IMG/VR virus record: IMGVR_UViG_3300034375_007546
DNA length: 64,000 nt
Strand: one strand, 5' to 3'
DNA from: an uncultured virus (IMG/VR IMGVR_UViG_3300034375_007546)
Taxonomy: Duplodnaviria; Heunggongvirae; Uroviricota; Caudoviricetes
Shown piece by piece: positions 1 through 10,032 of this stretch. The notes under the pieces are model-generated. The model worked only from the letters and a program-made list of their open reading frames with translations, was not told where the DNA came from and did not search any database. The position numbers and the translations under genes are program-made. How positions within the stretch are numbered: position 1 is the stretch's first letter; every line of letters starts with the position of its first letter.

Positions 1-21
1 CGTCATTTGAAAAAATAAAAC

Positions 22-29
22 ACTATTTA
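22..29 (+). promoter_or_regulatory. Putative phage late promoter motif ACTATTTA (first of 13 copies)
   Basis: (A/T)CTA(T/A)TTA recurs just upstream of structural or late-type genes at 22, 2899, 5169, 8008, 9677, 30070, 42339, 44139, 47489, 48767, 52656, 55416 and 62845. Confidence 0.75.
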
Positions 30-64
30 TTTTTGACGAGCTATCGTGTTTGGAGTTAATTTTT

Positions 65-1120
65 ATGTCTTCACTATTAGAAGAGGCGATCGTGGACGCC
101 AAAGCCCTTAAGGAAGCAGCATTGAAAAATGCTGAGAATGTTGTATTGGAAAAGTATTCTGGCGAAGTTAAGAAAGCCTTAGATACTTTACTAGAGCAAG
201 AAGAACTAGAAGAGGGTGGCGAAGACGAGGCTCTTACAGAGTTTACAGACGATGTTCCTTACGCATTTCAGAACGAAGAGTTAGATGCTCCAGAAGATGA
301 TGAGATCGTTGAGATCGATTTTGATGCTCTCAAGGCTCGTTTAGAAAAGGAAGATGAAGTTGTTGAGGAAGAAGACCTTAACGATGCTCTAGAGATGGCT
401 GACGATATGGCTGGTGGCGAGATGGCCCCAGAGCTTGAAGCTTCTGCCGAGGAAGATGCTGCTGAACTAGGTGCAGAGCCAGTCGAGCCACTAGATCTAG
501 ATGAAGATCTCGATCTATCCGGACTTTTTATTGAAGAATTAATAGAAGAGCTTGTTGTTGATATGGATACATCACCAGCAGGTTTCTCTTCACTCGGTGG
601 CGCTTACAATAGTGTGATGCAAGCAAATAATGATGCTATTGCAGCCGCTAAGGAAGCACACCTTGAGGAAGAAGAGGAAGAGGAGATTGAAGAAGATACC
701 GCACCAGATGTTGTGCCGGTTGAACTTCATGAGGCAAAGATCTCCGAACTTACAGAATCTAACAGAGAGCTTCGTGCTCTCATTGTTGAAGCAAGGGATC
801 AGCTTACAAAGCTGAATCTTGATAACGCCAAGCTTGTTTATCAAAACAAGGCTTTGAATAGCATCTCCCTGAATGAGCGACAAAAAGCACAAATTGTCGA
901 AGCTGTTCAGACTGCCAATTCTGTTGAAGAAGCAAGTATGATTTTTGAAACAATTCAAAACGCAGTGGGGAACACTCCTGATCAGAGAACACGTCCACAA
1001 ACACTACGTGAAGCAGTTCAAAGACCTACGTCGCTTTTGATCAATTCTAAGAGAAACAACGAGGCAACTAAGGACCCAACTATGGGTCGTATGCTGCGTT
1101 TAGCAGGTTTGAATAAATAA
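65..1120 (+). CDS. Prohead core scaffolding protein (T4 gp22-like)
   Basis: Highly acidic coiled-coil protein directly upstream of the major capsid gene. ATG at 65 follows GGAG; C-terminus is RMLRLAGL. Confidence 0.75.
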   Translation: MSSLLEEAIVDAKALKEAALKNAENVVLEKYSGEVKKALDTLLEQEELEEGGEDEALTEFTDDVPYAFQNEELDAPEDDEIVEIDFDALKARLEKEDEVVEEEDLNDALEMADDMAGGEMAPELEASAEEDAAELGAEPVEPLDLDEDLDLSGLFIEELIEELVVDMDTSPAGFSSLGGAYNSVMQANNDAIAAAKEAHLEEEEEEEIEEDTAPDVVPVELHEAKISELTESNRELRALIVEARDQLTKLNLDNAKLVYQNKALNSISLNERQKAQIVEAVQTANSVEEASMIFETIQNAVGNTPDQRTRPQTLREAVQRPTSLLINSKRNNEATKDPTMGRMLRLAGLNK

Positions 1121-1148
1121 ACAATAACATTCAGGAGGTATATTAAAA

Positions 1149-2840
1149 ATGTCTATTGTACAAAGATTGACAGAAGGTATCGTCAATCGTGACCTCTCGA
1201 CCGAGGGTGCTGCACTCATTTCCAAGTGGGAGCAGACCGGTCTTCTTGAGGGCATCTCTGATGATACACAGAGAAACGGTATGGCCCGTTTGCTTGAGAA
1301 TCAGGCAAAGGAGCTTCTCCGTGAGTCTTCCAGCATGTCTGCTGGTGACGTAGAGGGTTTTGCCGCTGTTGCATTCCCACTTGTACGCCGTGTATTCGGT
1401 TCCTTGATCGCTAACGATCTCGTTAGCGTTCAGCCAATGAGCCTTCCATCAGGTCTCATTTTCTTCCTTGACTTCGCCTTTGGTGGTACTAACAACTCTA
1501 CTGGTGATCGTCTTGGCAACCCATTCGATACATCACTCTACGGTGGTGGGCGAGTTGGTTCTCAGGTCACCGGCGGTGTTCTCCTAGATGGTGTTAACGC
1601 CGAGCGTGGTCCATACGCCCTTAACAACGGTTACGCTTCCCCAACAGGCTCAGTTGCTGTTACCATTACGGTTCAGGCTTCTGGCACAGTTGGCGATGAC
1701 GGTATCTTCGTTCAGGACGGCGGCACAGCCGGCTACACAGATCAGTCTATTCTACTATATGATGCTGATCTAGTGTCTGGTTCTGAGATCGCTATTGGTA
1801 CAATTGCTAAGTCTGACCTTGAGTCAGCTGGCGTTGACTTCAACTTTGATGACTACGTCGCTCTCACACTTATTAGCACTGGTGTAGGTACACAGGTTCG
1901 TCGCCTTACCCGCGAAGATCCTAACGACGAGGATCAGGTTGTCCTCACACTCTTCGGCGCCGCCGGCGCAGATGTCAGTGGTGCTCTAGACGCTGTTGTA
2001 TCCGCTTCTATTCCACTTGCTGATAACTTTGACGATGGTGGTGCCCTCGGTTCTGTCCAGGGTGCAGCTGAGTGGGGTCTAGAGAGCAATGAGAACATCC
2101 CTGAGATCGACATCAAGGTCGATTCCGTAGCAGTCACAGCTGTAACCAAGAAGCTCAAGGCTAAGTGGACACCAGAGTTGGGTCAAGACCTCAACGCTTA
2201 CCACAACCTTGATGCCGAGGTTGAGCTTACTCAGATTCTTTCTGAGCAGATTGCTCTTGAGATCGATCGTGAGATCCTTGAGGATCTTGTCAAGGGTGCA
2301 ACTGCCGGTACACGCTACTGGTCCCGCGTCCCAGGTCAGTTCCTCGATCGCGAGACTGGTCTAGTTGCCTCTGCTGGTGACTTCACCGGTAACGTATCCG
2401 AGTGGTACGAGACTCTCGTTGAGACAATCAACGATGTCTCCGCTCAGATCCACCGCAAGACTCTTCGCGGTGCTGCCAACTTCATCGTCTGCGGACCAGA
2501 AGTTGCCAACATCCTTGAGTTCACAGCTGGCTTCCGTGCAAACGTTACAGCCGATGCTGATCGCGGTGATATCGGTGCTGTTAAGACTGGCTCCCTCTCC
2601 AAGAAGTTTGATGTTATGGTTGACCCATACTTCCCACGTCAGTTGATCCTCGTTGGTCGACGTGGCTCCAGCTTCCTTGAGAGCGGCTATGTGTACGCAC
2701 CATACGTACCACTACAGACCACACCTACAATCTTCGGTGTAGAGGACTTCGTACCTCGTAAGGGTGTCATGACCCGTTACGCCAAGAAGATGGTCCGTCC
2801 GGACATGTACGGCTTGGTTGTCTGCAGAGGACTCGTATAG
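1149..2840 (+). CDS. Major capsid protein (T4 gp23-like)
   Basis: gp23 motifs: LVRRVF..LIANDLVSVQPMSLPSGLIF, KLKAKWTPELGQDL, EIDREI, GYVYAPYVPL, PRKGVMTRY. Confidence 0.96.
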   Translation: MSIVQRLTEGIVNRDLSTEGAALISKWEQTGLLEGISDDTQRNGMARLLENQAKELLRESSSMSAGDVEGFAAVAFPLVRRVFGSLIANDLVSVQPMSLPSGLIFFLDFAFGGTNNSTGDRLGNPFDTSLYGGGRVGSQVTGGVLLDGVNAERGPYALNNGYASPTGSVAVTITVQASGTVGDDGIFVQDGGTAGYTDQSILLYDADLVSGSEIAIGTIAKSDLESAGVDFNFDDYVALTLISTGVGTQVRRLTREDPNDEDQVVLTLFGAAGADVSGALDAVVSASIPLADNFDDGGALGSVQGAAEWGLESNENIPEIDIKVDSVAVTAVTKKLKAKWTPELGQDLNAYHNLDAEVELTQILSEQIALEIDREILEDLVKGATAGTRYWSRVPGQFLDRETGLVASAGDFTGNVSEWYETLVETINDVSAQIHRKTLRGAANFIVCGPEVANILEFTAGFRANVTADADRGDIGAVKTGSLSKKFDVMVDPYFPRQLILVGRRGSSFLESGYVYAPYVPLQTTPTIFGVEDFVPRKGVMTRYAKKMVRPDMYGLVVCRGLV

Positions 2841-2868
2841 TCTTAGCCTGACTTAAGGTCAAAATAAT

Positions 2869-2900
2869 GAAAGCCCTGCCTCTTTTGAGGTGGGGCTTTC
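2869..2900 (+). terminator. Stem-loop after the capsid gene, abutting a late promoter motif
   Basis: GAAAGCCCTGCCTC-TTTT-GAGGTGGGGCTTTC followed by a T-rich tract. Confidence 0.7.
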
Positions 2901-2933
2901 TATTTATTAATAGAGCAAAAAGAGGATTCTTCT

Positions 2934-4199
2934 ATGGCAATTCCAAATTTAAACCCCGCATCAACTTCAAATGCAAACATACTTCCGGTTACGGGAGCAG
3001 CAGGCAGTGTCGCAACAACATTACCATTTGGTATTTATGCTGGTTCAACAGCATTTCTGTCAGGCGCAGCAGATCAAGTTGCTTATACATATAAGAAGCT
3101 GGGCGGTGACGTATTAGATATTGAATTGGCAGAAGGAAACGTATACGCTGCTTATGAAGAGGCGGTTTTAGAATACTCATACTTAGTAAACCTATTTCAA
3201 ACAAAGAACTCACTTTCATCTTACCTTGGTGCCACAACAGGATCTTTTGATCAAGATGGACAAATCACATCAGGATCTTTGTCAGGATCTAATGTAGCTC
3301 TGCGTTATCCAAGATTTGATTATGGTTACGTTCGCAGAATCTCTGAAGGTCTTGCAACTGAAGCCGGGTTCGGTGGAACAACACCAATATACTCTGCATC
3401 GGTTGACAGAGTGGCCAACCAGCAAGATTATAATTTACAAACAATTATCTCTGCTTCTTCAGTAACCGATACTTCATCTTCTTTTTATCAACAGGTCGGA
3501 GATAAAAGAGTAACTATCAGAAAAGTATTCTTCAAAACTCCACGAGCAATGTGGAGATTCTATGGTTACTACGGTGGGTTCTCAGTTGTAGGTAACTTAA
3601 GAACTTACGGTCAGTATGCTGACGACTCTACATTTGAGATTGTCCCAACTTGGCAGAACAAACTTCAAGCAATGGCTTACGAAGATGCGCTTTGGACAAG
3701 AGTATCTCACTACTCTTATGAGATCCACGATAACAAGTTAAGGATTTTCCCAACGCCTGACTCTACATCCCCGGAAAAGTTCTGGGTTCAGTTTACAATC
3801 AATAACCAATATGAGCCTTGGGACAATCAGCCAGGAATAGATAACGGAGCAGAAGGTGTTAACAACATTAACACGCTTCCATTCGAAAATATTCCATACG
3901 AAAACATTAACGCTATAGGTAAGCAATGGATTCGTAGATTTGCTTTGGCTTTAACAAAAGAGATATTGGGGCAAGTAAGGGGCAAGTTCTCTTCTGTTCC
4001 AATCCCAGGAGAGTCTGTAACTCTTAACGCGGGTGAGCTTCTTTCGCAAGCCAGAACTGAGATGGATCAGTTGAGAGATGAACTTAAAACCATTCTTGAG
4101 GATACCACTTACGACAAGTTGGCTGCTGTCGACTCTACAATGCAAGACTCTGGTAGAAAGGTTCTTGAAAACATACCAGCCGGCATTTACGTGGGATAA
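2934..4199 (+). CDS. Neck / head-completion protein (gp13-like)
   Basis: Follows the capsid gene. LGGDVLDIEL and WIRRFALALTKEILGQVRGKF..PGESVTLNAGELL resemble T4-like neck proteins. Confidence 0.7.
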   Translation: MAIPNLNPASTSNANILPVTGAAGSVATTLPFGIYAGSTAFLSGAADQVAYTYKKLGGDVLDIELAEGNVYAAYEEAVLEYSYLVNLFQTKNSLSSYLGATTGSFDQDGQITSGSLSGSNVALRYPRFDYGYVRRISEGLATEAGFGGTTPIYSASVDRVANQQDYNLQTIISASSVTDTSSSFYQQVGDKRVTIRKVFFKTPRAMWRFYGYYGGFSVVGNLRTYGQYADDSTFEIVPTWQNKLQAMAYEDALWTRVSHYSYEIHDNKLRIFPTPDSTSPEKFWVQFTINNQYEPWDNQPGIDNGAEGVNNINTLPFENIPYENINAIGKQWIRRFALALTKEILGQVRGKFSSVPIPGESVTLNAGELLSQARTEMDQLRDELKTILEDTTYDKLAAVDSTMQDSGRKVLENIPAGIYVG

Positions 4200-4203
4200 T
4201 TAA

Positions 4204-5148
4204 ATGTCACGCAGTAAAAGAACAGAAAGACAAATAAAGGACAAAAGATCACAACGTTTTGATTATGTTGGCGACAAAGAAGTTGCAGCAAAGCTTCAAG
4301 AGATTGAGTTTATGCCTTCGTCTTTGGAGACGATTGATAGAGCAATGCTTCGTTTTATTGATGAAGAACTTAACCTTTTTGCGAATACCAATGATGGTTT
4401 CAAGAAAGTTCCAGTTCTGTGGGTCACAGCAGAGCGAGCCTTCCAAATCAAAAATAACAAAGATCTAAGAGATAAAGAAGAAACTTTGATTCTTCCTTTG
4501 ATCACCGTTAATCGATCAAGTGTGACTAAAGAACCAAACTATCGAGGCACTGTGTTCGCGAACTTATATCCTGTTGGTGATGAGAAGGGCGGCACTATTA
4601 CGGTTGCGAGACAAATAAATCAAAAGAAGACAGCAGAGTTTCAGAATGCGCAGGCAAATAGAAAATACGGCGCTGATAAAGATGTTTCCAGTAAAATGCT
4701 AAATACAAACAAAAGAAACATGTCAACCGCCAAGACAGTATATGAAACAATAACAATCCCAATTCCTACCTGGGTTAAAGTAGTATATGAGATTTCTATT
4801 CGCACCGAGTATCAGCAGCAAATGAACGAGCTTATTCGCCCATTCATCACAATTCCGGGCAACTCTAGAACCCCAAAGCGCATTGAGGCAGAGGGGCACT
4901 ATTACGAAATCTTTATTGATGGTGGTTTCGCCAATAACTCCAACCAAGCAAACCTTGGAATGGAACAGAGGAACTACGAAACTAATATTAATATCGAAAC
5001 TCTCGGCTATCTTATTGGTGAAGGCGAAAACCAAGAAAGACCTAAGATAGTGAGACGCCAAAATGCAGTTGAAGTAAAGCTAGGCAGAGAGAGGACAGTC
5101 GTCGGAGATATCCCCGATAATATAAAAGATGGTTTTTACAGAGAATAA
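4204..5148 (+). CDS. Tail completion / sheath terminator protein (gp15-like)
   Basis: Lies between neck and sheath genes; LILPLITVNR and YEISIRTEYQQQMNEL pattern. Confidence 0.55.
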   Translation: MSRSKRTERQIKDKRSQRFDYVGDKEVAAKLQEIEFMPSSLETIDRAMLRFIDEELNLFANTNDGFKKVPVLWVTAERAFQIKNNKDLRDKEETLILPLITVNRSSVTKEPNYRGTVFANLYPVGDEKGGTITVARQINQKKTAEFQNAQANRKYGADKDVSSKMLNTNKRNMSTAKTVYETITIPIPTWVKVVYEISIRTEYQQQMNELIRPFITIPGNSRTPKRIEAEGHYYEIFIDGGFANNSNQANLGMEQRNYETNINIETLGYLIGEGENQERPKIVRRQNAVEVKLGRERTVVGDIPDNIKDGFYRE

Positions 5149-5212
5149 TTCTCTTCCTACTGCATAACACTATTTACTTTGAACATTTTCGCAATGTAGG
5201 AGATAATAACGA

Positions 5213-7978
5213 ATGTCAGTTAAGAATTACCGATTTGTGTCCCCAGGCGTTTTCGTCAACGAAATTGATAACTCCCAGCTTCCAGCTTCCCCAGCCGGAA
5301 TCGGTCCAGTTATCATTGGTCGCGCCGAAAAGGGTCCAGCTTTAAGACCAACCACCGTCAACTCATTTGAAGAGTTTGTCAATGTATTCGGAACACCGAA
5401 CCCAGGGAACGCTGGAGATGACGTGTGGCGACAAGGAAACTCAACGACTGCTACAACATATGGTATGTACGCAGCCCAGGCTTATCTCCGAAATAGTTCT
5501 CCTTTGACTTTCATTCGTTTGCTTGGCGATGAGGATGCTAACGCCACAAATAGTGGCAAGGCTGGCTGGACTGAAGATCAGGCTTACGGATTGTTTGTTT
5601 TTGAGTCTGCTGGAAACGATGAGGTTGACGGTGCTTTGGCTGCAATCTTTTATGCTGGTCCATCAGTTACATTTGCTCTCTCGGGCACAGTGGCTGCATC
5701 TGGTTCCTCCGGCGCGATCACTGACGGACCTGCTATCACAGGTTCTAACCTTATAATCAAAGATACCGGAAATGCTAACGAGTTCAAGATGATCCTAGGA
5801 AACGCTGGCGCTTCTTCGGCTGATATCACAGCTTCTTTCAACTTTAACAGAAATGATTCTCGTTACATTCGTAAAGTGTTTAACACAAACCCGCAGCTTA
5901 CTAACGCTGGCATCACCGATACGCCACTTAACTACTTCTTGGGTGAGACATTCGATAGACATCTTAGCGAAACCGTCTCAGATGAGGGGACGACATATGC
6001 CGCTTTGGTACAACTAACCAACACCGGAGATTCCTTGTCGGGCTCCAACTTCATAGCTAGCCTACAAGGCGCAGAGACGCCACAGATTATTAGCTGCCGT
6101 CTAGATCCTTCCGATACTCCAACAGACTTGTTTAAGTTTGTCACAAGAGGCGAGGGTGGTGATTGGTCTAACAAGAACATCAAGATCTCTATTCAAGATA
6201 TTAAGAGATCCACTAATAACGACACGGAATACGGTACATTCTCAGTTGTTATTCGTCACCTTAGCGACAGCGACAATGTTGTACGAGTAATCGAGCAGTT
6301 CAACAATTGCACACTCAATCCTAATTCGCTTGATTATGTAGCTCGCAAGATCGGTACTCAGTACCGTGAGTGGGAACCTTCAGAGCGCCGCTATCGCACA
6401 CGAGGCGACTGGCCAAACAACTCTCAACTAGTTCGTATTGTAATGAATTCCGATGTGGATGCTGGTCTAACAAACCCAGTTCTTCTTCCATTCGGTTTCG
6501 ACGGAATTGTAAAGTATGTTGACGAAACCATCGTAGACGCCGCTTCTGGCTCTTGGATTTCTGGTTCTGGAAACCCAGACCCCACAGAATATGTTGGTGA
6601 AACCCTCGTAATCTCTGGTTCTTCGCTGACTGCTAATGTGTTCTACCCAGAGCCAGAGCTAAGAGTAAGCGCTTCTGACGGCAACCTTGCAAACCCAACT
6701 GATGCTTACTTCGGTTTCCAAACCACACAGACTGCAGGCGGAACTGTATTCGATACATCCAACATTGACTTGCTTCGTCCTCGCGGCGGCATTGTCGCAA
6801 ACATGTTCGCCGGCGCGACCGGAAGTGTCAGAGCAGAATCAACACAGTTCACCTTAGATGATATCTCGGGGTCCGGCGTTTGGTCAGAAGGTTCTTACGC
6901 CACGGATTCTCTAACATTTGCGGCTCCTATTTCAGGCGTCCTAGATGCCGGATATGATCGCTTTACCGTACCGGTATACGGCGGCTTCGACGGAACTGAC
7001 ATCACTCAGATGGATCCATTTGCGAACGCAACCATGACTGGCTCTCCTTCTGATACAACTAGCTATGAGTTCTTCTCAATCCGTAAGGCAATTGATTCCG
7101 TTGCAGACCCAGAGGTGGTAGAAATGAACTTGGCTGCTATCCCGGCTCTAACACAGGAAGGACTTACAACACACTTGGTAAGAACTTGTGAAGACCGTGG
7201 TGACGCTTTGGCTGTTATTGATCTCCCAGATTCCTTCCAGCCTCGTGAAGAGAGTACAGAGGTAGCTCGTCTTAACACACAAAGCACCATCACGACACTT
7301 ATCAACGGTCTCCGTTCGCGAGGACTTAACTCCTCATACGGTTGTGCTTACTACCCATGGGTCAGAGCTAGAGACACCATCAACGGTGCCTTCCTTTGGC
7401 TCCCACCATCTGTAGCAGCTATTGGTACATTCTCAAGCTCACAGCGTAAGACACAGGTTTGGTTCGCACCAGCCGGTTTCAACCGTGGTGGACTCACAGA
7501 AGGTTCCGCAGGCATTCCAGTTGTTGATGTAGCTCACCAGCTTCGTCGCAAGGATCGTGACGATCTTTATGGGGCGAACATTAACCCAATCGCTAAGTTC
7601 CCATCTGAGGGTGTTGTAATCTTCGGTCAGAAGACACTACAGGTTACACCTTCTGCTTTGGATCGCATCAACGTTCGTCGTCTAATGATCTTCGTTAAGA
7701 AGCGTATCTCTCAGATTGCTTCCGGGATTCTCTTCGATCCAAACGTTAAGACAACTTGGACACGATTCACTTCCCGAGTTGAGCCATTCTTGGCTGATGT
7801 TAAGACAAACTTTGGTCTCTCTGATTACAGAGTTGTTCTTGATGAGACAACCACAACTCCAGATCTTGTAGATAGAAACATTCTATACGCACAGATTTTC
7901 TTGAAGCCAACAAGAGCAATCGAGTTCATTGCGATTGACTTCAACATTACAAGAACCGGAGCATCGTTTGACGATTAA
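5213..7978 (+). CDS. Contractile tail sheath protein (gp18-like)
   Basis: FVSPGVFVNEID N-terminus, WFAPAGFNRG, INPI, GQKTLQ..SALDRINVRRL, PTRAIEFIAIDF. Confidence 0.96.
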   Translation: MSVKNYRFVSPGVFVNEIDNSQLPASPAGIGPVIIGRAEKGPALRPTTVNSFEEFVNVFGTPNPGNAGDDVWRQGNSTTATTYGMYAAQAYLRNSSPLTFIRLLGDEDANATNSGKAGWTEDQAYGLFVFESAGNDEVDGALAAIFYAGPSVTFALSGTVAASGSSGAITDGPAITGSNLIIKDTGNANEFKMILGNAGASSADITASFNFNRNDSRYIRKVFNTNPQLTNAGITDTPLNYFLGETFDRHLSETVSDEGTTYAALVQLTNTGDSLSGSNFIASLQGAETPQIISCRLDPSDTPTDLFKFVTRGEGGDWSNKNIKISIQDIKRSTNNDTEYGTFSVVIRHLSDSDNVVRVIEQFNNCTLNPNSLDYVARKIGTQYREWEPSERRYRTRGDWPNNSQLVRIVMNSDVDAGLTNPVLLPFGFDGIVKYVDETIVDAASGSWISGSGNPDPTEYVGETLVISGSSLTANVFYPEPELRVSASDGNLANPTDAYFGFQTTQTAGGTVFDTSNIDLLRPRGGIVANMFAGATGSVRAESTQFTLDDISGSGVWSEGSYATDSLTFAAPISGVLDAGYDRFTVPVYGGFDGTDITQMDPFANATMTGSPSDTTSYEFFSIRKAIDSVADPEVVEMNLAAIPALTQEGLTTHLVRTCEDRGDALAVIDLPDSFQPREESTEVARLNTQSTITTLINGLRSRGLNSSYGCAYYPWVRARDTINGAFLWLPPSVAAIGTFSSSQRKTQVWFAPAGFNRGGLTEGSAGIPVVDVAHQLRRKDRDDLYGANINPIAKFPSEGVVIFGQKTLQVTPSALDRINVRRLMIFVKKRISQIASGILFDPNVKTTWTRFTSRVEPFLADVKTNFGLSDYRVVLDETTTTPDLVDRNILYAQIFLKPTRAIEFIAIDFNITRTGASFDD

Positions 7979-7984
7979 ATAAAA

Positions 7985-8007
7985 GTGGGGGAGTTCCGAC
8001 TCCCCAC
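7985..8007 (+). terminator. Stem-loop between sheath and tube genes
   Basis: GTGGGGGAGT-TCCG-ACTCCCCAC, directly followed by late motif ACTAATTA. No clear U-tract. Confidence 0.45.
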
Positions 8008-8042
8008 ACTAATTAACTTAGACCTATCAGGAGATAACAACA

Positions 8043-8612
8043 ATGGCCTTTTGGACAAGCGCACTTTCAGAACCAAAGAGACAACATAGATTTATTCTAA
8101 GATTCCCAGAACTTATTACAGGTGATTTTGCTTACGCAGAATACCTTGCTAAATCTGTTACAAAACCTTCGTACACAGTTGGTACAACAGAGCATAAATT
8201 TTTAGGAAACACTTATTACTACCCAGCAGCAGTTACTTGGAACGAGGTCACTGCCACTATTGTTAACTCCGTAGCTCCAGATGGCAATGAGCTTCTTTAC
8301 CAAGCTCTGCAGCAGATGGGTTATCTAAAGCCTGACATTCAGGAAGACGTTTTCCTACAGAACCTTCCAGCCTCAACACCAAACAAGCAGGCTGCGTTAG
8401 CTGCACTTGGTCAGGTTCAGTTTGAGGAGCTTTCCGGCGAAGGTGGCACACTTGGAATTTGGAAGCTACAGAATGCTTTCATTACAAATGTAACTTTTGG
8501 CGATTTAGATTACGCAGGCGAAGAACTTCTAGATATTACAATTCAAATGCGTTACGACTGGGCAACTTATGAGGTTGGACAAGCCACTAGAGCTTTAGCT
8601 AATATTCGATAA
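8043..8612 (+). CDS. Tail tube protein (gp19-like)
   Basis: Follows the sheath gene; EPKRQHRF, WKLQNAFITNVTFGDLDY, MRYDWA. Confidence 0.88.
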   Translation: MAFWTSALSEPKRQHRFILRFPELITGDFAYAEYLAKSVTKPSYTVGTTEHKFLGNTYYYPAAVTWNEVTATIVNSVAPDGNELLYQALQQMGYLKPDIQEDVFLQNLPASTPNKQAALAALGQVQFEELSGEGGTLGIWKLQNAFITNVTFGDLDYAGEELLDITIQMRYDWATYEVGQATRALANIR

Positions 8613-8631
8613 AAGAAAGAGACGGTGATTT

Positions 8632-9480
8632 TTGAGTAGAAATTCAAACAGACAGGGGGCTCCAGAAGGACCCCCCGCACCACTACCACAAGCACAACAA
8701 ACACAAAACTTATTTTCATTCCCGACCCCAACGGAGTTCGTTGAACTTCCTAGTAAGGGGCTTTTCTATGGCGAGGGGCATCCACTGCAGAGTGCTCAAA
8801 CAGTAGAAATCAAACACATGACAGCGAAAGAGGAAGATATCCTATCTTCCGAGACTTTAATTAAAAAGGGTCTTGTTATGGACAGGCTCTTAAAGTCTGT
8901 ACTGGTTGATACAAATATCGATCCTAACTCTTTACTCATAGGCGATAAGAATGCGATCGTTATGGCTATTAGAGAAACCGGATTTGGTTCGCTTTATGGG
9001 ACAAACGTTACTTGCCCTGCTTGTGGAACATTAAATGAGAAACAATTCTCCTTAGAAGGCAAAGAAATCAAGCAATCCAACTTGCTTGATGATGTAAAGC
9101 TTCTAGAGAATGGAAACTTCTTATTAACCTCTACAGATTATAATCCAGAGATTACCTTTGAGATTAGACTTCTGACCGGTAAAGATGAACAGAGAATTTT
9201 GAAGCATGTTGAAGGTCGTAAAAAGCTTAAGCTTGAAACAGGACCAGTAACAGAACTACTAAAAAACATTATTGTATCTGTTAATGGTATCTCACAGCCA
9301 AGCGCGCTCCAAGAGATTATCAGTCAGATTCCTGCTGCTTTATCAAGAAAGATTCGTAAAGTATACGAAGAAGCAATGCCAAACATAGAACTAAAAGCTG
9401 ACTTTACCTGCGACAACTGCTCCCATACAGAGCGCTTGGAGGTGCCGATCAACGTCGACTTTTTTTGGCCTAAACTCTGA
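8632..9480 (+). CDS. Baseplate hub / tail assembly chaperone (gp26-like)
   Basis: VELPSKGLFY, MTAKEEDIL, two CxxC pairs and C-terminal DFFWP; TTG start. Confidence 0.75.
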   Translation: MSRNSNRQGAPEGPPAPLPQAQQTQNLFSFPTPTEFVELPSKGLFYGEGHPLQSAQTVEIKHMTAKEEDILSSETLIKKGLVMDRLLKSVLVDTNIDPNSLLIGDKNAIVMAIRETGFGSLYGTNVTCPACGTLNEKQFSLEGKEIKQSNLLDDVKLLENGNFLLTSTDYNPEITFEIRLLTGKDEQRILKHVEGRKKLKLETGPVTELLKNIIVSVNGISQPSALQEIISQIPAALSRKIRKVYEEAMPNIELKADFTCDNCSHTERLEVPINVDFFWPKL

Positions 9481-9655
9481 TTACCAAGCGACTCTGTACG
9501 AAGAGTTTTTTATTCTTAAACAACATGGGAACTGGTCTTTTTCGGAAGCCTATATGTTGCCCACTGGTTTAAGAAGGTGGTTCCTTTCTCGTTTGGCTAA
9601 ACACTTCGAAGAGAAGAGTGAAGCGGAAGAGAAAGCAATGTCGACATCACGATAA
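9461..9655 (+). CDS. Start-less +1-frame ORF (gp51-like), probable frameshift extension of the upstream chaperone
   Basis: FFGLNSDYQATLYEEFFILKQHGNWSFSEAYMLPTGLRRWFLSRL... opens on the T7 run at 9460-9466, with no start codon before the conserved-looking part. Confidence 0.6.
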   Translation, partial: FFGLNSDYQATLYEEFFILKQHGNWSFSEAYMLPTGLRRWFLSRLAKHFEEKSEAEEKAMSTSR

Positions 9656-9703
9656 GTGCGCCTTTTTCTTTATGCTACTATTTAGATAGAAGAGGTTTGC
9701 CCC

Positions 9704-10021
9704 ATGAGTGAAGAGAACATCGTTATTGATTTAAGTGATAAGACAATCAATGAAAGATTGTACACAGATTTTTCCTATAAGGTTAATCGCATGCTGTTGG
9801 ATTTATACCACGCCGGCGCCGATATTAACCCAACCATTCGTGGAACACAAGCTCAAATAGAATCTTTCTTTAAAGCTCTTCGTGGCGAAAAAAGATATAT
9901 GGATTCGTATATAAAGCACGGCTTGGGTGATTCCAGAACAATGATGAACAGAAGAGACCTTGACCGTGCCGTTATGGGCTTTGAAAGAGAAACAGGCTTA
10001 CGGTGGCCATTTAAAAATTAG
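9704..10021 (+). CDS. Hypothetical phage protein
   Basis: 105-aa ORF with GAGG RBS, behind the late motif at 9677. Confidence 0.75.
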   Translation: MSEENIVIDLSDKTINERLYTDFSYKVNRMLLDLYHAGADINPTIRGTQAQIESFFKALRGEKRYMDSYIKHGLGDSRTMMNRRDLDRAVMGFERETGLRWPFKN

Positions 10022-10032
10022 GTGGCTAGATA

